Below are positions 26,833-37,711 of a stretch of 64,000 bases of DNA, piece after piece (the first letter of the stretch is position 1; each line of letters opens with the position of its first letter). This DNA comes from a virus, in the IMG/VR virus record IMGVR_UViG_3300025910_000007, positions 20,484-84,483 of that record; one strand, 5' to 3'. The position numbers were made by a program, and so were the translations under genes. The notes beneath the pieces are model-generated. The model searched no databases. It saw only the letters and a program-made list of their open reading frames with translations, and was not told the DNA's origin.

Positions 26833-27255
26833 CTATCTTAACAAACGCGCCAGGATCGCGTGTACCGCGTTGGCGGCGTCCCAGCGGGGCAAAGGGCGGT
26901 TTCTAGCACCCTCGTTGATTCTGGGGGCATCCTGTCGCTTTGGCGACCGTATCCTGACGGGCCAGGCGCCCCAGCTTGCGTTCCGCCACGATGGCCCCTT
27001 CTCTGCTTCGGACAGCGGGGCCGGTGCGGCCTGCATTGTGCTGGGCCTGCGTACAGTCAACTCATGTACAGTACCCGGCAGTTCGCCCATCCCGCCTAAC
27101 GTCGCCAGCACAACCTGACCGGGACTGGCATAGCGAACGAACCGCAGCGGCCGGCCGTGGGTATCGCTGTAGACCAGCTCGAACATGCGGTAAGGACACC
27201 AGCGCAGGCTGGCATCGTTCGCGATCTGAGCGGCGGTGGGCTTGCCCTTGGCCAT
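26833..27255 (-). CDS. hypothetical early protein
   Basis: ORF directly after promoter copy 2. Confidence 0.5.
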   Translation of the reverse strand: MAKGKPTAAQIANDASLRWCPYRMFELVYSDTHGRPLRFVRYASPGQVVLATLGGMGELPGTVHELTVRRPSTMQAAPAPLSEAEKGPSWRNASWGAWPVRIRSPKRQDAPRINEGARNRPLPRWDAANAVHAILARLLR

Positions 27256-27294
27256 TGCTGAATCCTATCTTCGCTTCGTTCGTCTTTCCAACGT

Positions 27295-27327
27295 CCTTAA
27301 TCTTACCGTCAGGTTAGATTAAGTCAA
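27295..27327 (-). promoter_or_regulatory. conserved phage promoter/operator, copy 2
   Basis: Minus strand TTGACT-taatctaacctgacgg-TAAGAT-taagg. Confidence 0.75.
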
Positions 27328-27357
27328 GCGCTTTTTGGCGAAAGTGAAAAGATTTTC

Positions 27358-28836
27358 TCAATCTTCGTCGTCCTTTTCCTTCGGGGCGCCGGCAGGGTAA
27401 CAGCTCACGACGAACGGCCGGCCCAACGGCAGGCAGCCTGCAACGCAGACCTTGTCCCTTCCTGGCGCCCCCTCACGCGGCGGGACAGCCCAGTTCAACC
27501 GCCAAACTCCCAACCGTTCTTCGTCCTGCCGTTGGTTCAACCCGATGACGGCGGTAGGGTGCGCGTTCTTCGTCTTGCTTTCGCTGAAGTTGTCGCGGCC
27601 TAGCCATTCGCGGGTGTAACTATCCGTGTCCGCCTGCGTCGCCGTCAGCAACAGGAAATGGTGCTCAAGGTTGATCCGGCGCAGATGGCGCCATGTCTTG
27701 TCCACCGCCAGCCGCCGTTCCCTCTCGTTGGGTGGGTCCGCCAGAATGTCGGCATAATCCACAAGGACCACGTCGGGGACGAATCCCTGCCGTTTGGCTT
27801 TCTTGATTTCTGCGTCCATCGCCGCAACGGACAACGTCGAATTGGCGCAGCAGTGCAGCCGGAAGTAGCTGTCCAGCGATTTCAGCCCCTTCGTCATCGT
27901 CTGCTGTTCGCCTTCGTCGATCTGCTGGCGGGTCAACGCTGCCCTAAACTCCAGCTTGTCGCATTCCACAGTCGATATCACCTGACCGCGATCTTTCCAT
28001 TGCGAAGTAATCTGCCGCGGCATCTTGACTGTGCAAGGCCATTTGCCTTTTTTGGTGGACTTGTAAGGATGGCGGCACATGCGAGCGGCGAACCGCCAGC
28101 GGATTTGCCGCTCGCTCATGTCCCCGACCTCAAAGAAGAACACGCGATTGCGTTGCATCATGGCATGCCAGGCCATTTCCAGCAGCGCCCATGTCTTGCC
28201 TTTCTTTTCTCCAGCAAGGACTACCACGAAGTTATCGCGGGCCAGCGTATCTCCCAGGAACTCACCCAGCGCCCCGTTGTATCGAATGATCGGTTCTACC
28301 TTCTGCGCGAACATATCGTCCCAGGCGGCGGCATCCCCTAGCAGATTCGATGTCCGCCCAATCGCTTCTCCCGGTTCAGACAAGGCAAACGACGCCAGCC
28401 GTTCCTTCGCCTTGTCTAGCCGGTCCCGGTCCAGGTCACCCCCCATGTCATCGACCAGCCCGCGCAGCAGCGTCTTCTCGAATTGCTCGACGGCCATCTC
28501 GATGATATGCGGCGGCTTTACCTCTTCATGCAGCCTTTCGTACTGGTCGGAAACATCGGACAGCAGGCTCTGTACCAGCTGCACCTCATGCGTATCCCGA
28601 TTGCCCGAACCCACCCACCGGTTGAAATAGTCGGTGATCGATTTGCGGGGCGCCTCGTTGTGGCGATTAAAGTGTTTGACGCACCAGCCCCCAATGCGAT
28701 TGGCGTAGGGGGAAGGCAGTGCATCTGCGGACCAGACACGAGAGAGGCTTTCCAGGACCGGGGTACTCACGATCATCCCCATCAGCACCTGCCGCACCAC
28801 TTCGCCGTCGCCGGTGCTTTCTTCGGAGCGTACCAT
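27358..28836 (-). CDS. dnaB: DnaB-like replicative helicase
   Basis: AGEKKGKT, FFEVGDMS, VLVDYADIL, TATQA. Confidence 0.85.
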   Translation of the reverse strand: MVRSEESTGDGEVVRQVLMGMIVSTPVLESLSRVWSADALPSPYANRIGGWCVKHFNRHNEAPRKSITDYFNRWVGSGNRDTHEVQLVQSLLSDVSDQYERLHEEVKPPHIIEMAVEQFEKTLLRGLVDDMGGDLDRDRLDKAKERLASFALSEPGEAIGRTSNLLGDAAAWDDMFAQKVEPIIRYNGALGEFLGDTLARDNFVVVLAGEKKGKTWALLEMAWHAMMQRNRVFFFEVGDMSERQIRWRFAARMCRHPYKSTKKGKWPCTVKMPRQITSQWKDRGQVISTVECDKLEFRAALTRQQIDEGEQQTMTKGLKSLDSYFRLHCCANSTLSVAAMDAEIKKAKRQGFVPDVVLVDYADILADPPNERERRLAVDKTWRHLRRINLEHHFLLLTATQADTDSYTREWLGRDNFSESKTKNAHPTAVIGLNQRQDEERLGVWRLNWAVPPREGAPGRDKVCVAGCLPLGRPFVVSCYPAGAPKEKDDED

Positions 28837-28839
28837 CGC

Positions 28840-29886
28840 TCAGTCCTCCATGTAAGTCATGCGGACCCGCCCGTTCGGTAGTGTTTCCTCGATGTAGCGC
28901 TTGCGTTGCTGAGCGGCCTGTTCTGGACCCAGCGTTTTATTATCACTGCGGCGTTTGGCTGAAATGATCTGCGGGAACTTGTCAGCGATGCCCTTACCTG
29001 AATAGGCTTCGGGCATGTGCTGTTCACCGAAATGGTCCAGATACCACTGGCAGTAGACGCACACGTCCTTTTCGGGATAGGCCCCATGCAAGACGCGCAG
29101 CTGTTTCGCCCATGTTGTAACAACCGCGGCGGCAGACTTGCGATGCGGTCCATTCACCCCTAGCAATCCAGCGCGGTGAACGAGTTCGTACAGGCGGGCT
29201 GCGATATTCCTCTCCATTGATTGAACAGGAAGGGAACCGTTGGTTGATGCGGGATTTGCCTGATGGGAAGTGCTAGATTTCCCGCAAGAAGAATTATCGT
29301 CCCCCCCTGTCCCAAGAACGCCGTTAGGCGTTTGGGACTGTTGTTTTTTGATTGTTTTCTTTTTAGGGGGGTAAATACCCCCCACCCGTCGGGGGTATTT
29401 ACCCCCCGCGGATTCGTCGGGGGTATTTACCCCCCGCGGTTTGCGGGGCGGTATTTCAACTTCGCCCAACTTCAGAGCGGCCAGCTGTTTTTCAACCTTG
29501 CTCGAACAGATATGCACCCACCGCTGTTGTGATTCGCCATGCTTGACGGTCTTGACGAAGCCTTCCTTGCGGAACTTCTTGAAGAACTGCTTTTGCGTAT
29601 CGCTGTCCCAATCAAGGGAAGTGCGAAGAAATGAAGTGGTGCAGAGAAAGTACGTCTGATCGTCGAATTGCTTTTTGACGCTGTGCTTGCCCGTGGCATG
29701 ATTGATGAGGTCTTGATAGAAGAGGGCTTCAACCTTGGTGAAGAGGCGGTAGGTGACGAATTCCCGCCGAAAGAAGAAGTAGTTGCCCTGCGATTGGGTG
29801 ATGAGGTCGTCGCAAGCGCAAAGCGACACGCTGTCCTGCGAACCCTTTACTTTGGCGGTAGGAACGCTAGAATTGTGGGTAGGCAT
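28840..29886 (-). CDS. replication initiator (lambda O-like organisation)
   Basis: N-terminal wHTH-like region, low-complexity linker containing iterons, immediately upstream of dnaB. Confidence 0.6.
   Translation of the reverse strand: MPTHNSSVPTAKVKGSQDSVSLCACDDLITQSQGNYFFFRREFVTYRLFTKVEALFYQDLINHATGKHSVKKQFDDQTYFLCTTSFLRTSLDWDSDTQKQFFKKFRKEGFVKTVKHGESQQRWVHICSSKVEKQLAALKLGEVEIPPRKPRGVNTPDESAGGKYPRRVGGIYPPKKKTIKKQQSQTPNGVLGTGGDDNSSCGKSSTSHQANPASTNGSLPVQSMERNIAARLYELVHRAGLLGVNGPHRKSAAAVVTTWAKQLRVLHGAYPEKDVCVYCQWYLDHFGEQHMPEAYSGKGIADKFPQIISAKRRSDNKTLGPEQAAQQRKRYIEETLPNGRVRMTYMED
29338..29456. repeat. putative replication origin: palindromic iterons plus a T-rich tract
   Basis: CGTCGGGGGTATTTACCCCCCGCGG exact at 29387-29411 and 29415-29439, inverted copy GGGGGGTAAATACCCCCC at 29366-29383, T-rich run at about 29338-29364. 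Confidence 0.7.
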
Positions 29887-29921
29887 ACCCGTTCTCCTTC
29901 TTCATGTTGGGGGACAAGGTC

Positions 29922-29958
29922 AAAGGGAGCACTGGTCATGCTCCCTTTTTCCTTTTCT
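29922..29958. terminator. hairpin / intrinsic terminator
   Basis: AAAGGGAGCA-ctggtca-TGCTCCCTTT followed by T-rich sequence. Confidence 0.5.
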
Positions 29959-30240
29959 GGTTCAGCTATTTGATCTCGCCGTGTTCATTTCTAGTCTTGG
30001 GCGCCATTGCCCGTAACGCTCTGTTTCAATTGCCCGCTAGCACTTCTTCAATCCATTTGCTTAGGCGTGGGCACCGCACCTCGAAAAAACAGGATTCCGT
30101 GATCGGATCGTTGAGATGGTTGCGGATGATCTGTTTGGCCGCTTGTTCGTAAGCGGCTTCATCGTTTCGACATTCGTTAGGCAGCAACGCCACCGCTACG
30201 GCTATTTTGGGTGGGATGACCTTGGTTAGTTTGTAGGGGC

Positions 30241-30417
30241 TCATGCTGTTCGCCTCCGCCGTTTGTAGGTATCGAGTGGACGTACTGCCGGACGCGGGGG
30301 CGGCATCCCCAGCAGTTCCCGCACGATGGCATTGAACGATTTATCCTTGCCCAAAGCCTTCAACGCTTTGTAGGCATGAACGTCGACGCCGATCACCTTC
30401 TGTTCTGTTTTGGCCAT
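30241..30417 (-). CDS. small DNA-binding protein (ribbon-helix-helix/antitoxin-like)
   Basis: KVIGVDVHAYKALKAL..DKSFNAIVRELL. Confidence 0.5.
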   Translation of the reverse strand: MAKTEQKVIGVDVHAYKALKALGKDKSFNAIVRELLGMPPPRPAVRPLDTYKRRRRTA

Positions 30418-30499
30418 AGCTGCCTCCCGTCTGGGTTGGGTAGGATTCAGGTATAATAGCTTATGCAACGGGTTTCCGTCTAGCGGAATTCTGGGAATT

Positions 30500-30943
30500 T
30501 CAAAGCAGGACGTCTGGATCGCGGGCCAGCTGCGCATCCTTGCCGCGGGCCGTCGCGTTGGTGCATTGATGGGATGTGCCACGCTGATAGATTTCGTGGC
30601 AAGCAACGCAGGACGCATTGCCGCTCAGTCGCATGGGGTCTTCGAGCAAGTAGTGCAGCCGCTTCTCGGTCCGTTCCAGTCCTACCTTCGCCTCAGCCGA
30701 TTTGGCGTTAGCCAGGCACGCCTGAATCAACCCCAACAAGCGGATGGCCCCGTCTGCGGTAAAACGGGTGCTGTAATCCCCTGTCAGCGATTCCAGCAGA
30801 TAGGACAGCGCCCGTTCGCGACGCCCGTGTTTGGTGGTGTTTTCCTGCTGATTGACGCAGGAACAGAGGTTTTCCGCCAGGCGGATTTGATAGGTGCGCA
30901 GCAGCCACTGAATTGTGGTGCTGACTTCCTTGTTGTCCATCAT
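30500..30943 (-). CDS. hypothetical protein
   Basis: Start MMDNKE with SD AAGGAG. Confidence 0.5.
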   Translation of the reverse strand: MMDNKEVSTTIQWLLRTYQIRLAENLCSCVNQQENTTKHGRRERALSYLLESLTGDYSTRFTADGAIRLLGLIQACLANAKSAEAKVGLERTEKRLHYLLEDPMRLSGNASCVACHEIYQRGTSHQCTNATARGKDAQLARDPDVLL

Positions 30944-31094
30944 TTCTCCTTTGCGGGCAGTTTCAGTGTCCCGCTTTTGGTGAATTTGATTCTGGTTGTT
31001 GGCGTACAGCGGATGCAATAACTGAACAGCCGGCCGAACTGGCGGACGCACCGAACATTGCCACCGCAATTGCATTTGCAGATGAACTTGGTTT

Positions 31095-31640
31095 TCATGT
31101 ATGCCCCTCATGTTTGCGTAGAAATTCCTTCGCCAATCGCGAACAGGTTTTGTCGCACCATACATTCCACGGCGAAACAAGCCGCCCGTGTTTGGTACAG
31201 CCCCGCCGCAAGTCGATCTGTGTCGGGTGGCCTGATACCAGCTCAACTTGCCATCGTCGGCCTTGTCGCAGTTCGATGATCTGTTTGCGCAGCCAATCAG
31301 GTATGCCATTGAAGCGGTCACTGGTCGTTAGTCGGTACAGCGTTACCAGCGAATCGGTAAACAGGACGCCGTTCCAGCCGAATGGTAGGGACAGCAACGC
31401 CTGAACGGCAGCGTATGCCTCCGAGAAATTGTTGGTGATTTTGAGCAGCACTGGGCCGCCCCATGGTTTTACATGCTCGGGTTTGATGATCCCGCAAGCG
31501 GATTTTAGCTTACGTTGACTGATGGAATCGACCCAGCAGAACGCAAATGTACCGCCATGAGACGAAGGGTTCGGTCCGATAACGCCGCCGTCGCAGAAGA
31601 TTTGATCGGGTAGGATTTCGTTCATTGGCCCAAATCCCAT
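31095..31640 (-). CDS. RNase H (HI-like)
   Basis: FCDGG, TNNFSE, FTDS, GH, WNVWCD. Confidence 0.8.
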   Translation of the reverse strand: MGFGPMNEILPDQIFCDGGVIGPNPSSHGGTFAFCWVDSISQRKLKSACGIIKPEHVKPWGGPVLLKITNNFSEAYAAVQALLSLPFGWNGVLFTDSLVTLYRLTTSDRFNGIPDWLRKQIIELRQGRRWQVELVSGHPTQIDLRRGCTKHGRLVSPWNVWCDKTCSRLAKEFLRKHEGHT

Positions 31641-32171
31641 ACCTCATTGATTCTCTGCTGATCGCCGGACGCGATGGCGTCTTTCAGCAACTGTTCCCAT
31701 TCGATGTAGGCCGCATCCAACATCGCCACTTCTTCCGCAGTTGGCGGGATCGGGTCCGGTTCATACCTGGTCCACGCCCGCCCTTTGGCTTCATTCATTA
31801 TTAGATTCCCTTATACTGCGTCAGGATTGCGCAGGTCGCGTTCAGATAGCTCCGCTGCGATTTCCCCTGTTTGCTGTTTCACGTCGCGTTATACGCGATC
31901 CTGGCTTGATTGCGGGGCATTCCTGATGGTTAGGGCCGTTCCCCTTTCCGCAGTTCTTCAATGTCCAGGTAGCGGAACTGCTGACCGCAACTGACGCAGC
32001 GGTCCAGTTCCAGCAGTTCGCCGCCTTGGTTGTTTCTTTGCATCAGTAGGACGCCACGTTCGCAGACAGGGCAGTCGCGCTTGAAGCGGCTGCGGTAGTC
32101 AAACGGTGTCAATTGCCCATGATAGACGTCGCGGATGGGCTGATCGAAGTTGGGGGCGATTTCGTTCATGT

Positions 32172-33047
32172 TCATTCCAGAAACTCCCTTCGCAGTTTGC
32201 GAACTTCTTTGGGTGACGCACTGCCGGGATCGGCTGCGTCGATTTCAACGCGAATCGTCTTGCCGGCGAACGCGCTCAGTTCCCGGCACAGTATCTTCGC
32301 ACGTCGTTGTGCGGCCGGTTCTGAATCGAAAATGATGATGCGGATGGGGTGTCGTGATATCAACAGCACCTGTGCCCGCGTTACCCCGACGCCCAGCGTT
32401 GCGACTGCGCCTGGACCCACTCGCATGGCGTCCATTGGCCCTTCCGTCACGATGATGGCGTGGCGGACCATATCATGTCCGAAGAGCAGGGATTTCGCGG
32501 GGAACACTTCTTCTTCTGGCTTGGCGTTCTCATAGCGCAGTTTCGCCTGATCGGACACCGCCCGCGTCGTCCAGCTAACCGTTTCCCCGCGGAAGGTAAT
32601 GGGGATGAATACCCGCCATGCCAGCCGCGCACTTAGTCCGATCCCTTTCAGGCCCCATAGCCGTTCCACTTCAACCGGATCGAAACCACGATGACGCAGG
32701 TATGCCTTGTGGATTGGCAGCAGCGCTCCTAGCCCATGCGGCAGCACCAGCTTGCCCCGCCGACGCATGGTAGGGGCGCGGCGGTCCCAACGCATGCCCT
32801 TGAGCAGTTCGGCGATCTTGCGGGGCTCTTCGCCGGTAACATCGCGAACAACATCCCAAAGACGATGCACCCCGCATTTCCAGCAGGAGCAGGAACCGTG
32901 GGCGATGCTAATGCCCATACCGTAATTGCCCGTACCGATGCCACAATACGGGCAGACGATCCCGAGCCAGCCTTCAGAGACGTGTTGACTTTCGCCGTGC
33001 TGACGAAAGTCAACGTCGTACTCTTGCAGGATTTCGATGAGGGTCAT
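32172..33047 (-). CDS. DNA primase (Zn finger + TOPRIM)
   Basis: CPYC...CWKC, YLRHRG, VTEGPMDA, FDSEPAA, DPG. Confidence 0.85.
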   Translation of the reverse strand: MTLIEILQEYDVDFRQHGESQHVSEGWLGIVCPYCGIGTGNYGMGISIAHGSCSCWKCGVHRLWDVVRDVTGEEPRKIAELLKGMRWDRRAPTMRRRGKLVLPHGLGALLPIHKAYLRHRGFDPVEVERLWGLKGIGLSARLAWRVFIPITFRGETVSWTTRAVSDQAKLRYENAKPEEEVFPAKSLLFGHDMVRHAIIVTEGPMDAMRVGPGAVATLGVGVTRAQVLLISRHPIRIIIFDSEPAAQRRAKILCRELSAFAGKTIRVEIDAADPGSASPKEVRKLRREFLE

Positions 33048-33587
33048 GGCTGTTGCGGTTGCGGCGGTCGGTTCAGCATTCGTAGCAGCTGGGCTTCCGC
33101 TTTGGCGCTTCGGACCCCTTCAGCATGAGCATCGTCCAGTGCCAGAGCGATGAGTTTGGTTAGTTCGCTATCGACGGCGGCTTCTTGCTTTAGTCGGCCG
33201 CTCGCTTCGGTAGGCAGATGTACCCAGGCGTCTATTACATGCTGCGCTTGTTCCAGCGATTCTTCAGACACGATCCAGCCGTCGCGAAATGCTGTCAGCA
33301 GTTCATCTTTGTAGGTCATGGGGCCTCCTTCACGCAGTAGCGTAGCTGAGTGGCGGCATCGGACAGGAAGTCCGCCAATTTGTCCAGGTCTTTCGCCTTG
33401 AGGAAACAGAGCGAAAAGACGGTATTCCCTTCGCTGATGACGAGGTTGCTAATGTCCTTACCTTTGCTGCCCTGTTCGACGTAGATCGTCGCCGAGCCGC
33501 CTTCATCATCTGCCGACAATGGCAAGGTCAGGGTTAGCTGCATTCGCTCCGACTGTTCCGCCAGGGCTTTGTTGAATTCTTGATCGG

Positions 33588-34073
33588 TCATGATTTGTCT
33601 CCGCACACAAAGGTCTGTTTCCAGTGAGACGGCAGCCGTTCCGTCAGCAGGTTTTGGTACATCGCCCAGATGATAGCTGGCGGGACGTCGTGAACGTTGC
33701 GGGCGATGGCCACGTCAACCGGGCAAAGGACGTTGACGATCTCGACATCGCGGCCATAGATTTCGGCCAGCCTGTAGTAAGGAGATATTTCCCATGCCTG
33801 CGTATTGGTGTTGTCCACGACCACCGACGCCATATCGCTGTAGTGGTCGGGATCTGTGAGCTGATTCAGGAATTTGCCGAGGCATTGATTGTGCGCCGGC
33901 CCGATGTTCGCCGGGTTGAAACGATAGACGCCGTCGATTACATGAAAGTCATCCGCTGAACAGACCAAAGGTCTGTTCAGACCGTCTAGGCCCCCCAGCA
34001 GACCGTTGTGATTGTCTTCGATCCACGTCGATTTCCCTGATCCCGGCAGCCCTCGCATGATGTAGACTTTCAT
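33588..34073 (-). CDS. P-loop kinase (AAA_33 / polynucleotide kinase-like)
   Basis: MRGLPGSGKST, SADDF, VVDNTN, RNVHDVP. Confidence 0.85.
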   Translation of the reverse strand: MKVYIMRGLPGSGKSTWIEDNHNGLLGGLDGLNRPLVCSADDFHVIDGVYRFNPANIGPAHNQCLGKFLNQLTDPDHYSDMASVVVDNTNTQAWEISPYYRLAEIYGRDVEIVNVLCPVDVAIARNVHDVPPAIIWAMYQNLLTERLPSHWKQTFVCGDKS

Positions 34074-35485
34074 GTGTTTCCCTCGTTGAGAAGTTCCTTG
34101 ATGAGCTGATCGAACACGCTGAGGTTGTCTCCCTTGCCGCGGCCGTCGATGGTACGGTTGATCGTTTTCTGCTTCGCTTGCAACAGTCCTACCAAACGCT
34201 CTTCAATTGTTCCTTTCGCCACGAGCCAAAATGAGCGGGAATGGATACCTTCCTGACCGCGGCCGATGCCGTGCGTGCGGTCTTCTGCTTGCGTATGCGT
34301 GGCAGGTGACCATGCGTATTCGACGAACGCTGTTGTACTGACACCTTTGGCGGACCACCCCACCCCAGTCGCCTTGATCTGCCCCAGGAACACCCGGCAT
34401 TTACCGTTGGTTAGGAACTTGTCAACGGCGTTCTGTCGCTTATGGCCGGTGATGGTGCCATCGACGCGGACGCAGCAATCCTTGTAACGCTTTTCCAGTT
34501 CGCCGAGAACGGAATGATGGACAGCGTACAGGATGATCTTTTCTTCTGAGTCATGCAGGAAGCCGTCCACCCAATCGAACACCGCTTTGAGTTTTAGTTG
34601 TGCCGCCAGTTTCTTCAGCGCTGCCAATTTCACCAACGCTGCGGCCCGCAATGATTTCTTACGTTTCTTCGGATGGAACTTGGCCAGCCATAACCCGAAC
34701 GACCGCTGCGCCAGTTCATACTCCTTCCTGCGTTCAATACCGAGCGGAACAACGTGTCGTGCTTTGGGTGGTAGCTGTTTGAGGACGTCTTCCTTGCGAC
34801 GGCGGATCATCAGGTTGTCTACCAGCAGTCGGTTAAGGACGTCGAGATTGCTGGCCCCGTCGAAGGAAATACCCCACGGTGTACGTCTGGGAGCACAGAA
34901 CTTGTGACCAAATGGCCAGAAGGATGGGAACAGGTCGGGACGAAGTATGTTCAACGTCACGAACAATTCGCGGGGGCGATTACCGATGGGCGTGCCCGAC
35001 AGCGCCAGTACGTGCGGGACGTTTCTGCAAAGCAATCTACAGGCTCGACTGCGGGCAGATTTGGTGTCGAGAAGGTAGTGGCTTTCATCGATGATGATTA
35101 GTTGCGGGTTCAGGCTGGTCAGGGCATCTACCCAGCCTTCCCGATGGACACCCTTGCGTTCGGATGGAGCCAGGATGTCATAGTTGACGATGACGACCTT
35201 TCGACGCGACCACGAACCGCCGCGGCGGGGGGACAGCCCCCCAACCACGGCAGCCCCCAGCCCGAAATGCACGCGGCACTCACGTTCCCAGTTGTACTTC
35301 AATCCTGCTGGACAGACGATGACGATAGGCAGCAGCGCAGGATTGCGGTGAGCGTACAGCAGCGCTTGCAGGCTTTTGCCCAGCCCCATCGAATCGGCAA
35401 GGAGCGCCCTGCCATCGAAGCGTTCTATGGCCTCGACGCCTTCGATTTGGAACGGGTAAGGTTCGGTGAGAATGCGGCGAATCAT
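34070..35485 (-). CDS. SNF2/HARP-like helicase
   Basis: LLADSMGLGKS, IIDESH, LSGTP, IRRRKEDVL, QAEDRTHGIG. Confidence 0.92.
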   Translation of the reverse strand: MIRRILTEPYPFQIEGVEAIERFDGRALLADSMGLGKSLQALLYAHRNPALLPIVIVCPAGLKYNWERECRVHFGLGAAVVGGLSPRRGGSWSRRKVVIVNYDILAPSERKGVHREGWVDALTSLNPQLIIIDESHYLLDTKSARSRACRLLCRNVPHVLALSGTPIGNRPRELFVTLNILRPDLFPSFWPFGHKFCAPRRTPWGISFDGASNLDVLNRLLVDNLMIRRRKEDVLKQLPPKARHVVPLGIERRKEYELAQRSFGLWLAKFHPKKRKKSLRAAALVKLAALKKLAAQLKLKAVFDWVDGFLHDSEEKIILYAVHHSVLGELEKRYKDCCVRVDGTITGHKRQNAVDKFLTNGKCRVFLGQIKATGVGWSAKGVSTTAFVEYAWSPATHTQAEDRTHGIGRGQEGIHSRSFWLVAKGTIEERLVGLLQAKQKTINRTIDGRGKGDNLSVFDQLIKELLNEGNT

Positions 35486-35918
35486 CTGGTCTCCGTTGAG
35501 CTACGACACCGTTCCGGCCAAGGTGCAACGATCCTTCATCTTCAGTCGGCAGAGGTAGTCTTCGACAGCTAGCGATGCTTCCGATTCCAGCATCGAGATT
35601 GGGCTGCATCCGATCTGTTTGGCACGTTTCGTCAGCATCTGCCACTCTTCGCGGGTCAGGCGGTCCCGCAGGATGACGGTGCAGCGCTCGACGCCGTCTT
35701 TGCTCATGGTGAACTTCATTGGGATGCCTAGCCTTTCTGTTTTTCCAGTGAGGCTTTGGTGACGAAGCTGGTAGTGCCGCGGGGCGATTCGCCGGTTAGG
35801 TCAACCGTGAAGATGACCTGGGCGCAGTCGGGGTGTCGCGCTTTGTATGCCCACATCATCGCCCAGCTGAGGTACTGGTCGATAATCATGAGGTCGTGTT
35901 CGGTGTTGTCCGGCGGTT

Positions 35919-36467
35919 TCACGGCAGCGCCTCCCGCACTTCGGCAAAACTCTCTGCCACCCGCCGCCAGGTCCAACCGAGTTCCAGCAGAAAAGTCATG
36001 ATCGCCCCCCGGCGGCGATCCACCGGCTTTTCTGCCGGCTCTTCATGTTCCCGCTCTTTCATGAGTGCCACGATATCGGGCGGCGGTTCCAGCGCCAGCC
36101 GCAGCACGACCGCAGCGTCATTGCTGACCTCAGCCAGCAGCGAATAGGGGCCGTCGTCCAGTGCGGCCAGTGCTTCCATCTTCAGGCCGTAGGTTTCGTG
36201 GGCAGTTTGCTTGCGTCGGGCTGCTAGACACTTTTGCAAGCCTACCCAGACGCGATAGTAGACCCAGCCCGAGAAGTTCTTGCGTGTCCCATCGAACGTG
36301 TTGTAGGCGATGCAGTAGGCCTCGGATGCATCGCTGAACAGGTCGTCGTAATCGCCGCCATGCGACCGCTGGAACCGGCAGCAGATGTAATGCAGCAGCT
36401 TCTCGACGTGCTCATACGATGCTCGGCGCGGTTGAAACGTCTCCTGTTGAATCGTTGCGGCCATCAT
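35919..36467 (-). CDS. sigma-factor region 2-like protein
   Basis: YDDLFSDA..AY..AY..FD.TR.NFSGWVY. Confidence 0.55.
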   Translation of the reverse strand: MMAATIQQETFQPRRASYEHVEKLLHYICCRFQRSHGGDYDDLFSDASEAYCIAYNTFDGTRKNFSGWVYYRVWVGLQKCLAARRKQTAHETYGLKMEALAALDDGPYSLLAEVSNDAAVVLRLALEPPPDIVALMKEREHEEPAEKPVDRRRGAIMTFLLELGWTWRRVAESFAEVREALP

Positions 36468-36745
36468 CGACCAACCTCCTGTTTGGGGACATGGTAGGAA
36501 TAGGGGCCTCTTCCCTGTTCCCTGTTCCGGTTTACTTCTGGCGGGCCGCCTCAGTCCGCTGAGCGTAGGCGCGTCCCCGCTGCTGCCGCCAGCGGGCGTA
36601 CTGCCTGCGGGTCGGTTCCACCTGGGCCAACCTGCACGCCCTGTTGAACAGGTCGTCGCATACGGCGGCCATTGTGTAGGTAGTGGTCGGCTTCTTCGTG
36701 CTCTTCATCGTCGTTCTCCTGTCATGTGATGTAGGGCGAAACAGA

Positions 36746-36822
36746 GCCGCGGATGGGCTTTGAACCCATGTCTCCCGACGCGTGCGGGTATCCTGGTCCA
36801 GCCTTTTCTAGACGACCGCGGC
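36746..36822 (-). ncRNA. tRNA-like element
   Basis: GCCGCGG/CCGCGGC acceptor, GTCTA/TGGAC D-like arm, CCCG-CACGCGT-CGGG arm, ATGGG-TTCAAAG-CCCAT T arm; the anticodon loop is non-canonical. Confidence 0.55.
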
Positions 36823-37711
36823 TGATGGTTGCGGCAGTTAGCCCAACTGAAGATGATCCCGCAGCTGGTCCTTCATGCCCGCCGGTGCGTACTGAATGAA
36901 CTGTTGAAACTCAGGAATCTTGGCAGTGTCTCCCGCAAGGATATCGCGGGACAGGTTGAGCAGATGACAGTACAGTCCGAAGGATGACATGGACTGATGG
37001 GCCTGCTGCTGACGCTGCTGTTCTCGGGTCTTCATCGGTTTCTCCTGTTTGGCGGGCGAATGGGAATCACTGTGGACAATTCACGTCGATGGCCACGATG
37101 CGGTTGCGCTCGCTGTAGCGGCCGACGAAAACGGTGCGGGCCTTTTCGATCATGGTCTGGTCGGTATCGTCGGCCGTCTGCTGGACGAAGACGTAGCGGT
37201 TGCGGAACTGGCCATTGATCTCAACAGCGACCCGCACGCGGCGGCATACGCCTAGGATGGTAGATTGGTGGTTCATGGGTTGCTCCTGAACAAAGTGTCG
37301 GTGCTGCCGCCGCAGTACGACTCCGGATCGCTCCGTTTCAAATAGCGACGGTAGCGAACTGCCGGCAGATGCAGGAACGTCAGCACGTGTTCGATCAAAT
37401 CTCGTTTGAACAGTGCCACTTCGCGGGACTGTGGATAGCCGGATACCCACGTCGCCCGCCACGGCAGCCGTTTCTTCAGGGCGTCGATGACTGCTGACGG
37501 GACGTAGCGCAGGAACGCCACTTTGCCCAGCCGCGGTATCGCGAAGAAGTCCTCTTCGTACATCAGCCCGGCCTCTTCGGCATGGTCACATGCCACCAGC
37601 CAATCGCCAGGTGCGTAATCCTTCGCCTTGGGGTTGGCTTTCCTCTTGGCTTCGCTCGCGGCCCGCAACGCTGCCTTGACTTCAGGGGTCATCTTGCTCA
37701 TCGTCGTTCCC

